NCBI GenBank assembly: GCA_963820525.1
Contig: CAWGAA010000001.1
Coordinates: 1,760,001-1,824,000 of the forward strand
Origin: an uncultured Spirochaetota bacterium
Lineage (GTDB): Bacteria > Spirochaetota > Spirochaetia > SZUA-6 > Fen-1364
Length of the DNA stretch: 64,000 bases
Direction of reading: 5' to 3'
In this document: in pieces, positions 1 through 8,777 of the stretch
How positions within the stretch are numbered: position 1 is the first letter of the stretch
How the letters are laid out: each line of letters opens with the position of its first letter
Notes under the pieces: generated by a model
What the model was told of the DNA's origin: nothing
Seen by the model: only the letters and a program-made list of their open reading frames with translations
Databases searched by the model: none
Made by a program: the position numbers and the translations under genes

Positions 1-577
1 CACCGTGGACGGCATGCGCATCGACCTGCGTCAGGGAAGCGGCGCGCCGCAGCCGCTCCAGGTGATGGAATCGGTGAGCGACGCGTACACGGGGGAGGAC
101 CTTTCGTATTCGGCGGATATCAACCTCTGGATCAATGACCGCTTCGTTCCCGGGGGCCTCGCGGGCAGGGACAAGCTCTTCTCGGGGGCGACCTACCGGT
201 TCGTCGTATCCATGCAGGGCTACTATCCCCAGACCTACAACCTGATTGTGAAACCCTACCAGACCGTCGTGAATCTCCAGGCGAGCCTCGTGCCTCACCC
301 GGGAACCCTGGTCCTGCGCTCCTCCACCGACGGCGTGAGCCTTCAGCTGAACGGCTCCGACTTCTACTCGACGGGCGGAATGAAACCAGAGTACAAGAAG
401 CTCGAGCCCCTCGGCGTGGAGAACCGGCGGCTCGCGGTGCAGCCGGGACAATACACGATGACGGCCAGGAGGTTCGCATCCTCCCGGACGCTCACATTCC
501 ACGTGGATCCCGACGCCTCCCTCGAGATCGACTTCTCATTGGACAATGGGAGCCTGAACGCCATGGTGAAACCATAG
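1..577 (+). CDS. C-terminal part of a protein with PEGA-like beta-sandwich repeats (5' end outside window)
   Basis: Frame is open from the window edge. PEGA-like patterns include 'ATYRFVVSMQGYYPQTYNLIV' and 'GTLVLRSSTDGVSLQLNG...PGQYTMTARR'. Stop lies 9 nt before the next gene. Confidence 0.55.
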   Translation, partial: TVDGMRIDLRQGSGAPQPLQVMESVSDAYTGEDLSYSADINLWINDRFVPGGLAGRDKLFSGATYRFVVSMQGYYPQTYNLIVKPYQTVVNLQASLVPHPGTLVLRSSTDGVSLQLNGSDFYSTGGMKPEYKKLEPLGVENRRLAVQPGQYTMTARRFASSRTLTFHVDPDASLEIDFSLDNGSLNAMVKP

Positions 578-586
578 GGGGTGCTC

Positions 587-1477
587 ATGACTACGCTCAT
601 TCGAAGACTGATTATCCTTGCCCTGGGAGTGCTCGCCGGTATCGCCGTCTGGCCGGCGGCCGAGCTCATTCTTTTCCTCCAGAGCGGCTTCCCCTCCTAC
701 CTCGCCTTCCTCGCGGTCCTGGGCGCGGTCGTCGGCGCCCTCATGGGGGCTTTCTTCGGCGTGGCCGAGGGGATCACCTCGAGGATAAGGCTGAGAATTC
801 CAAACGGCATGGCCCTCGGCGCCGCGGTTGGACTGGTGGGAGGGGCCCTGGGAGCCCTCGTCGGCCAGGCCGCGCTGTGGCTGATCGGCGGCCTGGTCCT
901 CCGGTCCTACGCCAACTTCCAATGGGTGGTGCTCCCCGTCTCCCGGGCGATCGGGTGGGCGGTGCTGGGCATCTTCGTCGGGGCGGGGGAAGGTGTACGC
1001 GCTTCCTCACCGAAGAAGATCACGGTGGGAGTCATTGGAGGGCTCCTGGGCGGAATCGTGGGGGGTTTTGCCCTGGAGTACTCGCGCCTGCTTCTGCCCC
1101 ACACCTTCTTTTCGAGGCTCATCGGGCTTCTGATCCTGGGTTGTGCCATCGCTTTCTTCTACGCCCTGATCGAGCAGGGCATGTCGTTCGGCGTCGTTCG
1201 CATCCTCACCGGGGAGCTCAAGGGAAAGGAGTTCCTCATCAACCAGGGCAGGATGCGCATCGGCCGCTCGCGGCGGGCCGAGATCGCCCTGCCGACCTAC
1301 GAAGACCTGGCGGACACCCAGGCCGAGCTTCGAATCAGGAAGGGGGATCTGTACCTGGCCAACCTCGAGCCGAGGCTCCCCATGCTCGTCAATGAGAAAA
1401 AAACAGAGGAGCAGAAGCTGAAGCTCGGGGACGTGATCAAGATCGGCTCCGCCAAGATCTTCTACAAATACGAGTGA
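587..1477 (+). CDS. Multi-pass Gly-rich membrane protein with C-terminal degenerate FHA domain
   Basis: About 6 GxxxG-rich hydrophobic helices, then 'GELKGKEF...IGRS...MLVNE...LKLGDVIKIGSA'. AGGGGG RBS before ATG 587. Confidence 0.8.
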   Translation: MTTLIRRLIILALGVLAGIAVWPAAELILFLQSGFPSYLAFLAVLGAVVGALMGAFFGVAEGITSRIRLRIPNGMALGAAVGLVGGALGALVGQAALWLIGGLVLRSYANFQWVVLPVSRAIGWAVLGIFVGAGEGVRASSPKKITVGVIGGLLGGIVGGFALEYSRLLLPHTFFSRLIGLLILGCAIAFFYALIEQGMSFGVVRILTGELKGKEFLINQGRMRIGRSRRAEIALPTYEDLADTQAELRIRKGDLYLANLEPRLPMLVNEKKTEEQKLKLGDVIKIGSAKIFYKYE

Positions 1478-2910
1478 GGGAGAAACCCATGCGCATGACA
1501 CGCTTTTTGATACCGCTCGCTCTTGTGGCGAGCTCCGCTTTCGCAATCAATGTGAGCCTGGCGCAGATCGACGCCTCGGGCCTTCTTCTCACGCAGAACG
1601 TGAACGCGTACATCAGCGTCACCGACGACCAGGGGCTCCCCGTGGAGGGATTGTCCCGTGAGGCGTTCGCCGTTATGGAATCGTCGGACGGGCAGAGCTT
1701 CCAGAGAATCGACAGGATTACCGGCTTCAAGCCGGCCGCCGGCTCCAGCGAGGGCATAACATTCATGCTCCTCATCGACAACTCGGGAAGCATGTACGAT
1801 ACGCTGGATGGAAAGCCCACAACGGATCCCGCCCAGATGCGCATCACCCTGGTCAAGGAGGCGGTCCGCACCTTCCTCTCCAGCATGACGAGCCCCCGGG
1901 ACAGGGTCGGGCTCGTCGCTTTCAACACCTTCTATACGAAGGTATCGGGGCCCATCGCGGATCGGGCGCACATCGCACGCCTCCTGGACGAGATCAAGAG
2001 GCCCACCCCCGACCAGGCCTACACCGAGCTGTACGCCGGCCTCTCCCTGGCCGCGCGTGATTTCGCGGGAGTGGGCGGGCGCAAGGCCATCATCGTCCTC
2101 ACGGACGGCGAGAACTACCCCTACGCCCAGTACTCGGGAAAACCACACCCGGTTTTCGGATCCCGGATAGCCGAGTACGGCGAGCCCATCCAGGCGAGCC
2201 AGGAGGAGGGCGTCACCATCTACGGCATCAATTTCGCCAAGGCGAACGACAAGAACATGCGCGCCATAACCCTCGAGACCGGCGGACAGATGTTCGACGC
2301 CAAGAACGGCGAGGAGCTGGCCGGGGTCTACCGGACCATCCACCAGCGGGTGGCGGGCGAGTACCTCCTCACCTACCGCGCCCTCACCACCCCCGCGGAG
2401 AAGAAATACGTCCGGGTGGACGTCAGCGCGCAAGGCGCCGAGCAGTCCGCCACGCGCTTCTACTTCGCCAGCACCGTTTTCGGGCTTCCGCTGAGCAGGC
2501 TCACTTTCCTGCTCCTGATTCCCTTCATTCTCGCCTTCCTCCTGGTATGGGTCCTCACTCTCCTGAAGCTGGAGAGGGGGCTCGGGCCCGCCAACCTCGA
2601 GGTGATCCAGACGCAGGTCGGTTTCCCGTCGGCCAAGACGATCCCCCTGGGAAGCGCCAAGACGGTGATCGGAGGGGGCAAGAGCGCGGACCTCACCATC
2701 GTGGGGGCTCCCCAGGTGAAGGAGCAGCACGCCACGATCCTCTTCGACCCCAAGGACAAAAGCTATACGGTCGTGGGCGGAGGGGATATCACGGTGAACA
2801 ACCAGCCCGTGAAGACGAGGAAGCTCGAGCCCGGAGACGTCATTGACGTGGGCGGCGCCACGATCGTGTTCGACGAGGGGAAGGAAGAGGAGAAAAAAAA
2901 GAAGGGGTAG
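1474..2910 (+). CDS. Signal peptide + VWA domain + TM helix + cytoplasmic FHA domain protein
   Basis: MIDAS motif 'LLIDNSGSM', T in 'YTELY', 'IIVLTDGEN'; TM 'LLLIPFILAFLLVWVL'; FHA-like C-terminus 'HATI...VNNQ...LEPGDVIDVG'. The GTG start overlaps the upstream stop; ATG 1489 is an alternative start. Confidence 0.85.
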   Translation: MREKPMRMTRFLIPLALVASSAFAINVSLAQIDASGLLLTQNVNAYISVTDDQGLPVEGLSREAFAVMESSDGQSFQRIDRITGFKPAAGSSEGITFMLLIDNSGSMYDTLDGKPTTDPAQMRITLVKEAVRTFLSSMTSPRDRVGLVAFNTFYTKVSGPIADRAHIARLLDEIKRPTPDQAYTELYAGLSLAARDFAGVGGRKAIIVLTDGENYPYAQYSGKPHPVFGSRIAEYGEPIQASQEEGVTIYGINFAKANDKNMRAITLETGGQMFDAKNGEELAGVYRTIHQRVAGEYLLTYRALTTPAEKKYVRVDVSAQGAEQSATRFYFASTVFGLPLSRLTFLLLIPFILAFLLVWVLTLLKLERGLGPANLEVIQTQVGFPSAKTIPLGSAKTVIGGGKSADLTIVGAPQVKEQHATILFDPKDKSYTVVGGGDITVNNQPVKTRKLEPGDVIDVGGATIVFDEGKEEEKKKKG

Positions 2911-3874
2911 GCAGCCGCACGCGGGCGAGGTACACGCTCGCCCTGCCCTCATGCGAGGAGTAGTAACTCACCCAGAGAAGCCCTCCGTGCCAGGCGAGCC
3001 CGGGATAGCTGCAGTCGCCTTCGCTTGGAAGCTCCAGCACGGGTCGATACTCCCGCGGTCCAATGGCCGCGATGACGGTGCGATACCCATCCCCCGTGTA
3101 AGCCCTGCCGGCGGCCCATATGCTCCCATCCGGCAGCACGATGAAGTTGGGCCCGCCGATCCGCTGGCCGGCCGGATGCCACTTCCATTTCGCATACGGC
3201 GGCGGGCTCGTCCCGATCCAGGCCTGCCTGTCTCCGCCCTCCCGGCGGACAAGAGCCATGGCGCTGCCGTCGGACAGGAAGCGGAGAGTGGTCTCGTTTG
3301 GCTTCCCGGGCACGGCCAGGCGGCACACCTCCCGGTAGTCGACCCCGTCGCCGCTTGAGACGAGGGTGATGTCCCATCTCTCTGCGTTTCTTATGGTGTA
3401 GGAGACCCCGTACGCCCTGCCCTGGTGCCACGTCACCCTCCAGAGCCAGTCGCCGTCCGCCAGGATCGCGAGAGGCCTGCTCCATCGGCGGTCCTTGCCC
3501 TGAAACGAGACGCGAGGCCTGCGTCCGGGGGATCCGCACTCCCCCCGCGCTGTGCCGCCCATCAGAAGCATGAGTCGTCCGTCTGGAGTTGTGCAAAGCT
3601 TCGGGTCGCGCAGGTCCACACCCTGCTCCGCGATGATGGCCGCCGGCTTCCATGATCGGCCGTCGGCGGACTCGATGATGCGGACCCTGCCGTCGCCCTC
3701 CACGTGAGAGGAGGCTTCCCGAAATGCGCAGTACCACTTCCCCCGCAGGCGGATGAGGTCCGTGAAGGCGCTGTGCTCCGCGCGGTCCCAGATCTTCTCA
3801 AGCGATAGGATCCTGGCGGCGCCCGTGGTCCCCTGCCGCGCTTTTCCTGAAGCGTTGCGGGCGGCGCCGCTCAT
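2840..3874 (-). CDS. BNR/sialidase-like beta-propeller protein (exo-alpha-sialidase family)
   Basis: 'HSAFTDL', Asp-box-like 'SADGRSW' and 'SGDGVDY', 'DLRDPKL', 'GDCSYPG', 'VSYYSSHEG'. Confidence 0.75.
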   Translation of the reverse strand: MSGAARNASGKARQGTTGAARILSLEKIWDRAEHSAFTDLIRLRGKWYCAFREASSHVEGDGRVRIIESADGRSWKPAAIIAEQGVDLRDPKLCTTPDGRLMLLMGGTARGECGSPGRRPRVSFQGKDRRWSRPLAILADGDWLWRVTWHQGRAYGVSYTIRNAERWDITLVSSGDGVDYREVCRLAVPGKPNETTLRFLSDGSAMALVRREGGDRQAWIGTSPPPYAKWKWHPAGQRIGGPNFIVLPDGSIWAAGRAYTGDGYRTVIAAIGPREYRPVLELPSEGDCSYPGLAWHGGLLWVSYYSSHEGRASVYLARVRLPTPSFFSPLPSPRRTRSWRRPRQ

Positions 3875-4566
3875 GTCACCGGGCGGACGAGGTAGGAGAG
3901 AATGTCGCTCATGATGGGGGAGGCGTTTTTGTAGAGCTCGGCCGGCGCCGAGAGGATCTCCTCCTCGGATTGCACGGAGCCGGCTGAGGAGAGATCGCTC
4001 CGGTAGTTTTTAATCAGGAGGGCCACGCTTTCCGGGGTGCACTCCAGGTGGAACTGCAGGCCGATGATCCTCTCTCCGATCTGAAACGCCTGGTTTTCGC
4101 AGCCCTCGCTTCTGGCCAGGAGGATCGCTTCCTTGGGAACGTCGAAGGTCTCTCCATGCCAGTGAAACGCCATGAACCTGACGGGAAGCCGCACCATACC
4201 GGCCGGGACGGGAACGGACCAGACGGGAAACCAGCCGATCTCCCTCACCTTGTTGGGGCGGATGCGCGCGCCATAGGCGTCCGCGATGAGCTGGGCTCCG
4301 AGGCAGACGCCCAGCATCGCGATACCGAGGGAACCTGCCTCCCGGATGAAGCGCTTTTCCACCTTCAGCCAGGAATGCGCGGCCTCCTCGTTCGAGCTCA
4401 TGGGCCCTCCCATGGCGATCACGAGGTCCAGCCCGCTCGGATCCAGCGGTATCTCATCGAGAAAGAAGCGTGTGCTGCTGACTTCGGCTTCATGGTCCCT
4501 GAGCCATTCGCGGATGCTCCCCAGACCCTCGAATGGGACATGCTGAAGGATGTGGACTTTCATCAT
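3871..4566 (-). CDS. Class I glutamine amidotransferase (GMP synthase-like)
   Basis: 'QHVPFEGLG', 'MGGPMS', nucleophile elbow 'GVCLGAQL', 'FHWHGETF', 'LQFHLE'. Confidence 0.9.
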   Translation of the reverse strand: MMKVHILQHVPFEGLGSIREWLRDHEAEVSSTRFFLDEIPLDPSGLDLVIAMGGPMSSNEEAAHSWLKVEKRFIREAGSLGIAMLGVCLGAQLIADAYGARIRPNKVREIGWFPVWSVPVPAGMVRLPVRFMAFHWHGETFDVPKEAILLARSEGCENQAFQIGERIIGLQFHLECTPESVALLIKNYRSDLSSAGSVQSEEEILSAPAELYKNASPIMSDILSYLVRPVT

Positions 4567-4647
4567 TCGGCCCCCGCGCGTATGCTATCGAGCTTTCCCG
4601 AGGGGAACAAGCCCTGCACTGTTTTTTTTGGTACGTTATAGCCTACC

Positions 4648-5541
4648 ATGAAAACGAACCTGGAAAGGCGCTCCGAGATGCATCTGGCGGCGGCGATCGC
4701 GCAGAGCGCCCTGATCATATCCCTCATGGGCGGGGTGTGCGCCCTACTCGCGTGGTCTCTTTTCGGACCGGAAGCCCTTCCCTGGGGCGCCGGGATCGCG
4801 GTGGCAGCCCTTCTTGTCAGCCCGAGAATCTCGCCCCAAACGGTCATGCGCATGTTCAGGGGGCGCCTCCTGGCGCCCGCGCAGGCTCCCGAGGTCTTCG
4901 ACGTTCTGGAGTCTCTGGCAATACGGGCGGGGCTTTCCGTGACTCCGAGGCTGTATCTCGTGCCCTCCGCTGAAGCGAATGCCCTCTCGGTGGGAAGCAG
5001 GAACAACTCAGCGGTCGCGCTCACCCAGGGGCTCATCGACTCCCTCAGCTTGAGGGAGCTTGCCGGGGTGATCGGCCACGAGATCGGCCACATCGCCTCG
5101 GGAGATCTCTGGGTCATGAACCTCGCCCGGACGGCGAGCCAGATCACCTCGGGCCTCGCGTTCATCGGGCGGATCCTTCTGCTGATCAACCTGCCCCTGA
5201 TCCTCTTCGGGGCGGCAGGGCTGCCCTGGCTGTTCGTGCTTCTCCTGGTGGCCGCGCCGCTTGCCACCAGCCTCCTGGAGCTTGCCCTCTCGCGGGCACG
5301 GGAGTTCGCCGCGGACAGGATCGCAGCCGATCTCACGGGAGATCCCAAAGGCTTCGCCTCGGCGCTGGAGAAGATCGACCGGCGTTCCTCCCTGCTTGCG
5401 CGGATCTTCGGGATTCCCGGCCGCCGCGGCGGCTCACCCTTTTTGAGCACCCACCCGCCGAACGAACAACGGATCAAGAGGCTTCTGGAAAACAGGGAGC
5501 GGCGGGACCTGGAAACCTCTCCGGGCGTTCCCTTTCTCTAG
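4648..5541 (+). CDS. htpX: M48 family zinc metalloprotease (HtpX-like)
   Basis: HExxH 'HEIGH', 'ANALSVG', 'SRAREFAAD', 'STHPP'; TM helices. Confidence 0.85.
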   Translation: MKTNLERRSEMHLAAAIAQSALIISLMGGVCALLAWSLFGPEALPWGAGIAVAALLVSPRISPQTVMRMFRGRLLAPAQAPEVFDVLESLAIRAGLSVTPRLYLVPSAEANALSVGSRNNSAVALTQGLIDSLSLRELAGVIGHEIGHIASGDLWVMNLARTASQITSGLAFIGRILLLINLPLILFGAAGLPWLFVLLLVAAPLATSLLELALSRAREFAADRIAADLTGDPKGFASALEKIDRRSSLLARIFGIPGRRGGSPFLSTHPPNEQRIKRLLENRERRDLETSPGVPFL

Positions 5542-5559
5542 AAGGGATCAGCGGGCCGC

Positions 5560-6675
5560 TCACTGCGCGAGAGCATGAAGGAACTCCTCCAGGCGCGATA
5601 CGGCTTGCCCGAGGTTCGCCCGGCCGAACCCGACGCGGAAATGCTCGTTGTCATTGCCGAACACGGTGCCCGGCAGAAGGAGCACTCCCACTTCCCTTAC
5701 CAGCGAGTCGCAGAAGCCTTCGGCCCCTCCGCCAAGCAGGCGTGGGAAGGCGACCGGACCGGCCTTCGGGGGCCGCCACTGGAACCGCGCGGGGTATCGC
5801 GCGAAGAAGGCGTCCAGAACCGGAAGGTTTTCCCCGATGATACGCCGGCTTCGGGCTGCGAGGGCCTGCCTGTGGCGGAGCGCAAGCTCGGCCAGGAACT
5901 CGCCGGGCGCGCTGGCGCAGATCGTCGTGTAATCCTTCATGCGCGCCATATCGGCCAGGAGCCGCGAGTGCCGCGTGGCAACCCAGCCGATACGGAGCCC
6001 GGGCAGGCCGTACGTCTTGGACATGACACCCAGGGACACGGCGCGATCGGAGAGGTCGCAGGCGGCGGGGAGCCGGTCTTCCTCCCTGTGCTCCGATTCC
6101 CGGTACACCTCGTCACAGAAGAGGATGATCCCGGCGGCATCTGCGATCCTGGCCACCTCCTGAAGAACGTCCCGGCTCATCAGATAGCCGGTGGGATTGT
6201 GGGGCGTGTTGATGATGATGGCCTTCGTTTCGGGACGCACGAGGGCGCGGAGCTCTTCGGGATCGAGGGCCCATCCCTCCTGTTCCCGGGCGATCCACCG
6301 CGACACCGTACAGCCGATGCTCGAGGCGATCTCGAAGAGCGACTGGTAGCAGGGCCAGTGAACGATGACGTGATCCGCGGCCGCCAGGGCTGCATGCATG
6401 AAAGCGAAGATCGCCTCCTCGGCTCCGCTGAAGACGAGGGTGTCATCCGGCCGGATGGTCCGGTATATGCCGCTGATCTCCCGACGCAGCGATGGATTGC
6501 CCGGGCTCTCCGTGTATCCGAGGCGAAGGGCGAGGAGGCTTTCTCGGGCGCCGGGCTCGAAGAAGAGAAGCTCATTGACGCTCATCGACTCGCAGTCGGA
6601 GGCGCACAGCACGTGCCGCACGGCGAACTCATAGCGCGCGAGATACCGCTCCAGGGCGAAAGGTGTGATCTTCAT
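5560..6675 (-). CDS. PLP-dependent aminotransferase class I/II
   Basis: 'NTPHNPTG', 'DEVYR', PLP lysine 'MSKTYGLPGLRIGW'. Confidence 0.9.
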   Translation of the reverse strand: MKITPFALERYLARYEFAVRHVLCASDCESMSVNELLFFEPGARESLLALRLGYTESPGNPSLRREISGIYRTIRPDDTLVFSGAEEAIFAFMHAALAAADHVIVHWPCYQSLFEIASSIGCTVSRWIAREQEGWALDPEELRALVRPETKAIIINTPHNPTGYLMSRDVLQEVARIADAAGIILFCDEVYRESEHREEDRLPAACDLSDRAVSLGVMSKTYGLPGLRIGWVATRHSRLLADMARMKDYTTICASAPGEFLAELALRHRQALAARSRRIIGENLPVLDAFFARYPARFQWRPPKAGPVAFPRLLGGGAEGFCDSLVREVGVLLLPGTVFGNDNEHFRVGFGRANLGQAVSRLEEFLHALAQ

Positions 6676-6770
6676 GATTGCACGACCATACCCCTTGCGC
6701 TAGAAAACATCAAACAGAGCACCGCTTTGCCTTATTCCGCCGCCTTCGCTACCTTTTCACTGGCTGGTAT

Positions 6771-8024
6771 ATGAACATGAAAATACGAGCGCGACGATTC
6801 CTCATCCCTCTCCTCGCGGCTCTGGGCCTGATCGTCGTCTTTCTGACCGGCGTGGCGGCGGATCGCTACTTCCTTGCGGGACCGGACCCCCAGGACCCCG
6901 CGGCGTCCGTTCCGAACTTCCCCCTGGTTCAGGAAGCGTGGGACATGGTCAACCGCGTCTACGTGGATCGATCCGCCCTGCAGAGCAAGGCCCTCACCTA
7001 CGGCGCCATCAGCGGCATGGTCAATGCCCTCGGCGATACGGGCCACAGCACCTTTCTCACGCCCGAAATGGTGCGGGATGAAAAGTCGTTCATGCAAGGC
7101 GAATACGTCGGGGTTGGCATCCAGATCGAGATGAAGAATGGCCAGGTCGTCATCGTGGCGCCGCTGGACAACTCTCCGGCCGAGAGGGCGGGAGTCAGGC
7201 CCGGAGAGCAAATCGTCAAGGTGAACGGCGAGAGCACGGCAGAGGCGACCATAGACCAGGTCGTGCAGCACATCGTCGGGCCGGCAGGCACCTCGGTGGT
7301 CCTCACCCTCTTCGATCCGCGATCCCAGAGCACGACAGACGTCACCCTCACGCGCGCCCGCATCACCGTCGAAAACGTCTCATGGCAGCCGATCCCCGGT
7401 TTCCCGTACGCGGACATCAGGATCGCCGCGTTCAGCTCCGGTGTGTCGAGAGAGCTTGAAAACGCCCTCCAGCAGATCCAGGCCCAAAAGTATGCCGGTG
7501 CCATCCTGGACCTCAGAAACGATCCCGGCGGCGAGCTCGCGGAAGCCGTTGGCGTGGCAAGCCAGTTCCTGAAGGCAGGGAACGTCCTGTTGGAGAAAGA
7601 CTCAAAAGGAGTGACGCACGCAATCCCCATCCGGCCGGACGGGGCGGCGCTCTCGATCCCCCTCGTCGTGCTCATAAACGGCGGGACGGCAAGCGCGGCT
7701 GAGATAGTAGCGGGGGCCATCCAGGATGCGAAGCGCGCCCCCCTCGTGGGCGAAACGACCTTCGGCACGGGCACCGTGCTTCAGCTCTTCCGGCTTTCTG
7801 ACGGCTCCGAGCTCATGCTTGCCACCCGTGAATGGCTCACGCCGCTGGGCAGGACTATCTGGCACAAGGGAATCGCCCCGGACATCTCGCTCACCCTCCC
7901 CTCGGGGGCGGACCTTGTTACTCCGCAGCTCATGAAGCAGATGACGGAAGCCCAGATGAAGTCCAACGGGGATCTCCAAGTGCTCAAAGCGATCGATCTG
8001 CTCTCCAGACCGGCCGGAAGCTGA
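6771..8024 (+). CDS. ctpA: S41A carboxy-terminal processing protease with PDZ domain
   Basis: N-terminal TM, PDZ 'GVGIQI...SPAERAGV', 'LDLRNDPGG', 'TASAAEIVAGAIQD', 'GETTFGTG'. Confidence 0.9.
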   Translation: MNMKIRARRFLIPLLAALGLIVVFLTGVAADRYFLAGPDPQDPAASVPNFPLVQEAWDMVNRVYVDRSALQSKALTYGAISGMVNALGDTGHSTFLTPEMVRDEKSFMQGEYVGVGIQIEMKNGQVVIVAPLDNSPAERAGVRPGEQIVKVNGESTAEATIDQVVQHIVGPAGTSVVLTLFDPRSQSTTDVTLTRARITVENVSWQPIPGFPYADIRIAAFSSGVSRELENALQQIQAQKYAGAILDLRNDPGGELAEAVGVASQFLKAGNVLLEKDSKGVTHAIPIRPDGAALSIPLVVLINGGTASAAEIVAGAIQDAKRAPLVGETTFGTGTVLQLFRLSDGSELMLATREWLTPLGRTIWHKGIAPDISLTLPSGADLVTPQLMKQMTEAQMKSNGDLQVLKAIDLLSRPAGS

Positions 8025-8069
8025 ACCGCAGGGGGCATCCCCCGGCGCCCCTCAGACGACGCCCCTCTC

Positions 8070-8088
8070 GCGCGCCGAAGGCGCGCTA
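8070..8088. repeat. Palindromic GAA-triloop hairpin (REP-like) between convergent genes
   Basis: GCGCGCC-GAA-GGCGCGC; the same hairpin recurs within 8679-8699. Confidence 0.6.
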
Positions 8089-8111
8089 GATGAGCCGCAG
8101 AAAGCGGCGGC

Positions 8112-8480
8112 TTATTTCAGATGCTGCAGCGAGAGCTCCGTGCGGCCGATGAGGACGATGTCCGAGTGGTTGATCCGCATGTACTTCCAGGGGGGAACCG
8201 ACTGTCCATTGAGGAATGTTCCGTTTGTGCTGCCGAGGTCCTGGATGAAGTACTCCTCCTTCACCTTCTGAATGATCGCGTGCTGGCGGGAGGCGAGGAT
8301 ATCTTCCAGAACGATCGAGTTGTCCTCTCCCCGGCCTATCGAGGTCCTGCTCACGATGGGGAGGCGCTTTCCCTGGAAAACAATGTACATCGTCCCCGGC
8401 TTGTGTACCTTTGAGAGGCGTTTGCCGACCGTGCTCTCGTAGTGAATCGTCCTGTTTGGATCATCCGTCTCGATCGACAT
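8112..8480 (-). CDS. Small stand-alone FHA domain protein with N-terminal extension
   Basis: Canonical FHA motifs 'IGRG...ASRQHA...DLGSTNGTFLNG'; AGGAGG RBS 4 nt before ATG 8480. Confidence 0.9.
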   Translation of the reverse strand: MSIETDDPNRTIHYESTVGKRLSKVHKPGTMYIVFQGKRLPIVSRTSIGRGEDNSIVLEDILASRQHAIIQKVKEEYFIQDLGSTNGTFLNGQSVPPWKYMRINHSDIVLIGRTELSLQHLK

Positions 8481-8550
8481 GCAGCCTCCTCGCGCGGCTT
8501 CCGCCCGCTCCTGCCTGTGCGCGAAAGCCGTCCCCCGGACACGTGACCCC

Positions 8551-8579
8551 AGTATAGCCGCGCCTGAGGCTGTTTTCAA
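8551..8579 (-). promoter_or_regulatory. Sigma70-type promoter of the FHA gene
   Basis: TTGAAA-N17-TATACT on the minus strand. Confidence 0.65.
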
Positions 8580-8678
8580 CTCAGCGGCGGCTCAACCGCG
8601 CGAAGCGCCCCGGAACGCCACTCAGCGGCGGCTCAACCGCGCGAAGCGCCCCGGAACGCCACTCAGCGGCGGCTCAAC
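8579..8678. repeat. 41-bp tandem repeat (2 perfect copies + 18-bp partial copy)
   Basis: ACTCAGCGGCGGCTCAACCGCGCGAAGCGCCCCGGAACGCC at 8579 and 8620; partial copy at 8661. Confidence 0.9.
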
Positions 8679-8777
8679 TAGCGCGCCGAAGGCGCGCTAA
8701 AGGGGCCCCGGCGCGGCAGCGGTTTGCGAAGCAAACTGCGGGAGCGCTGGGGATCGTCTTGCGCCCCGGACCGCCGC

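Noticed and set aside
8579..8678. Possible mini CRISPR array
   Set aside because: Units are identical head-to-tail with no unique spacers, and there are no cas genes in the window.
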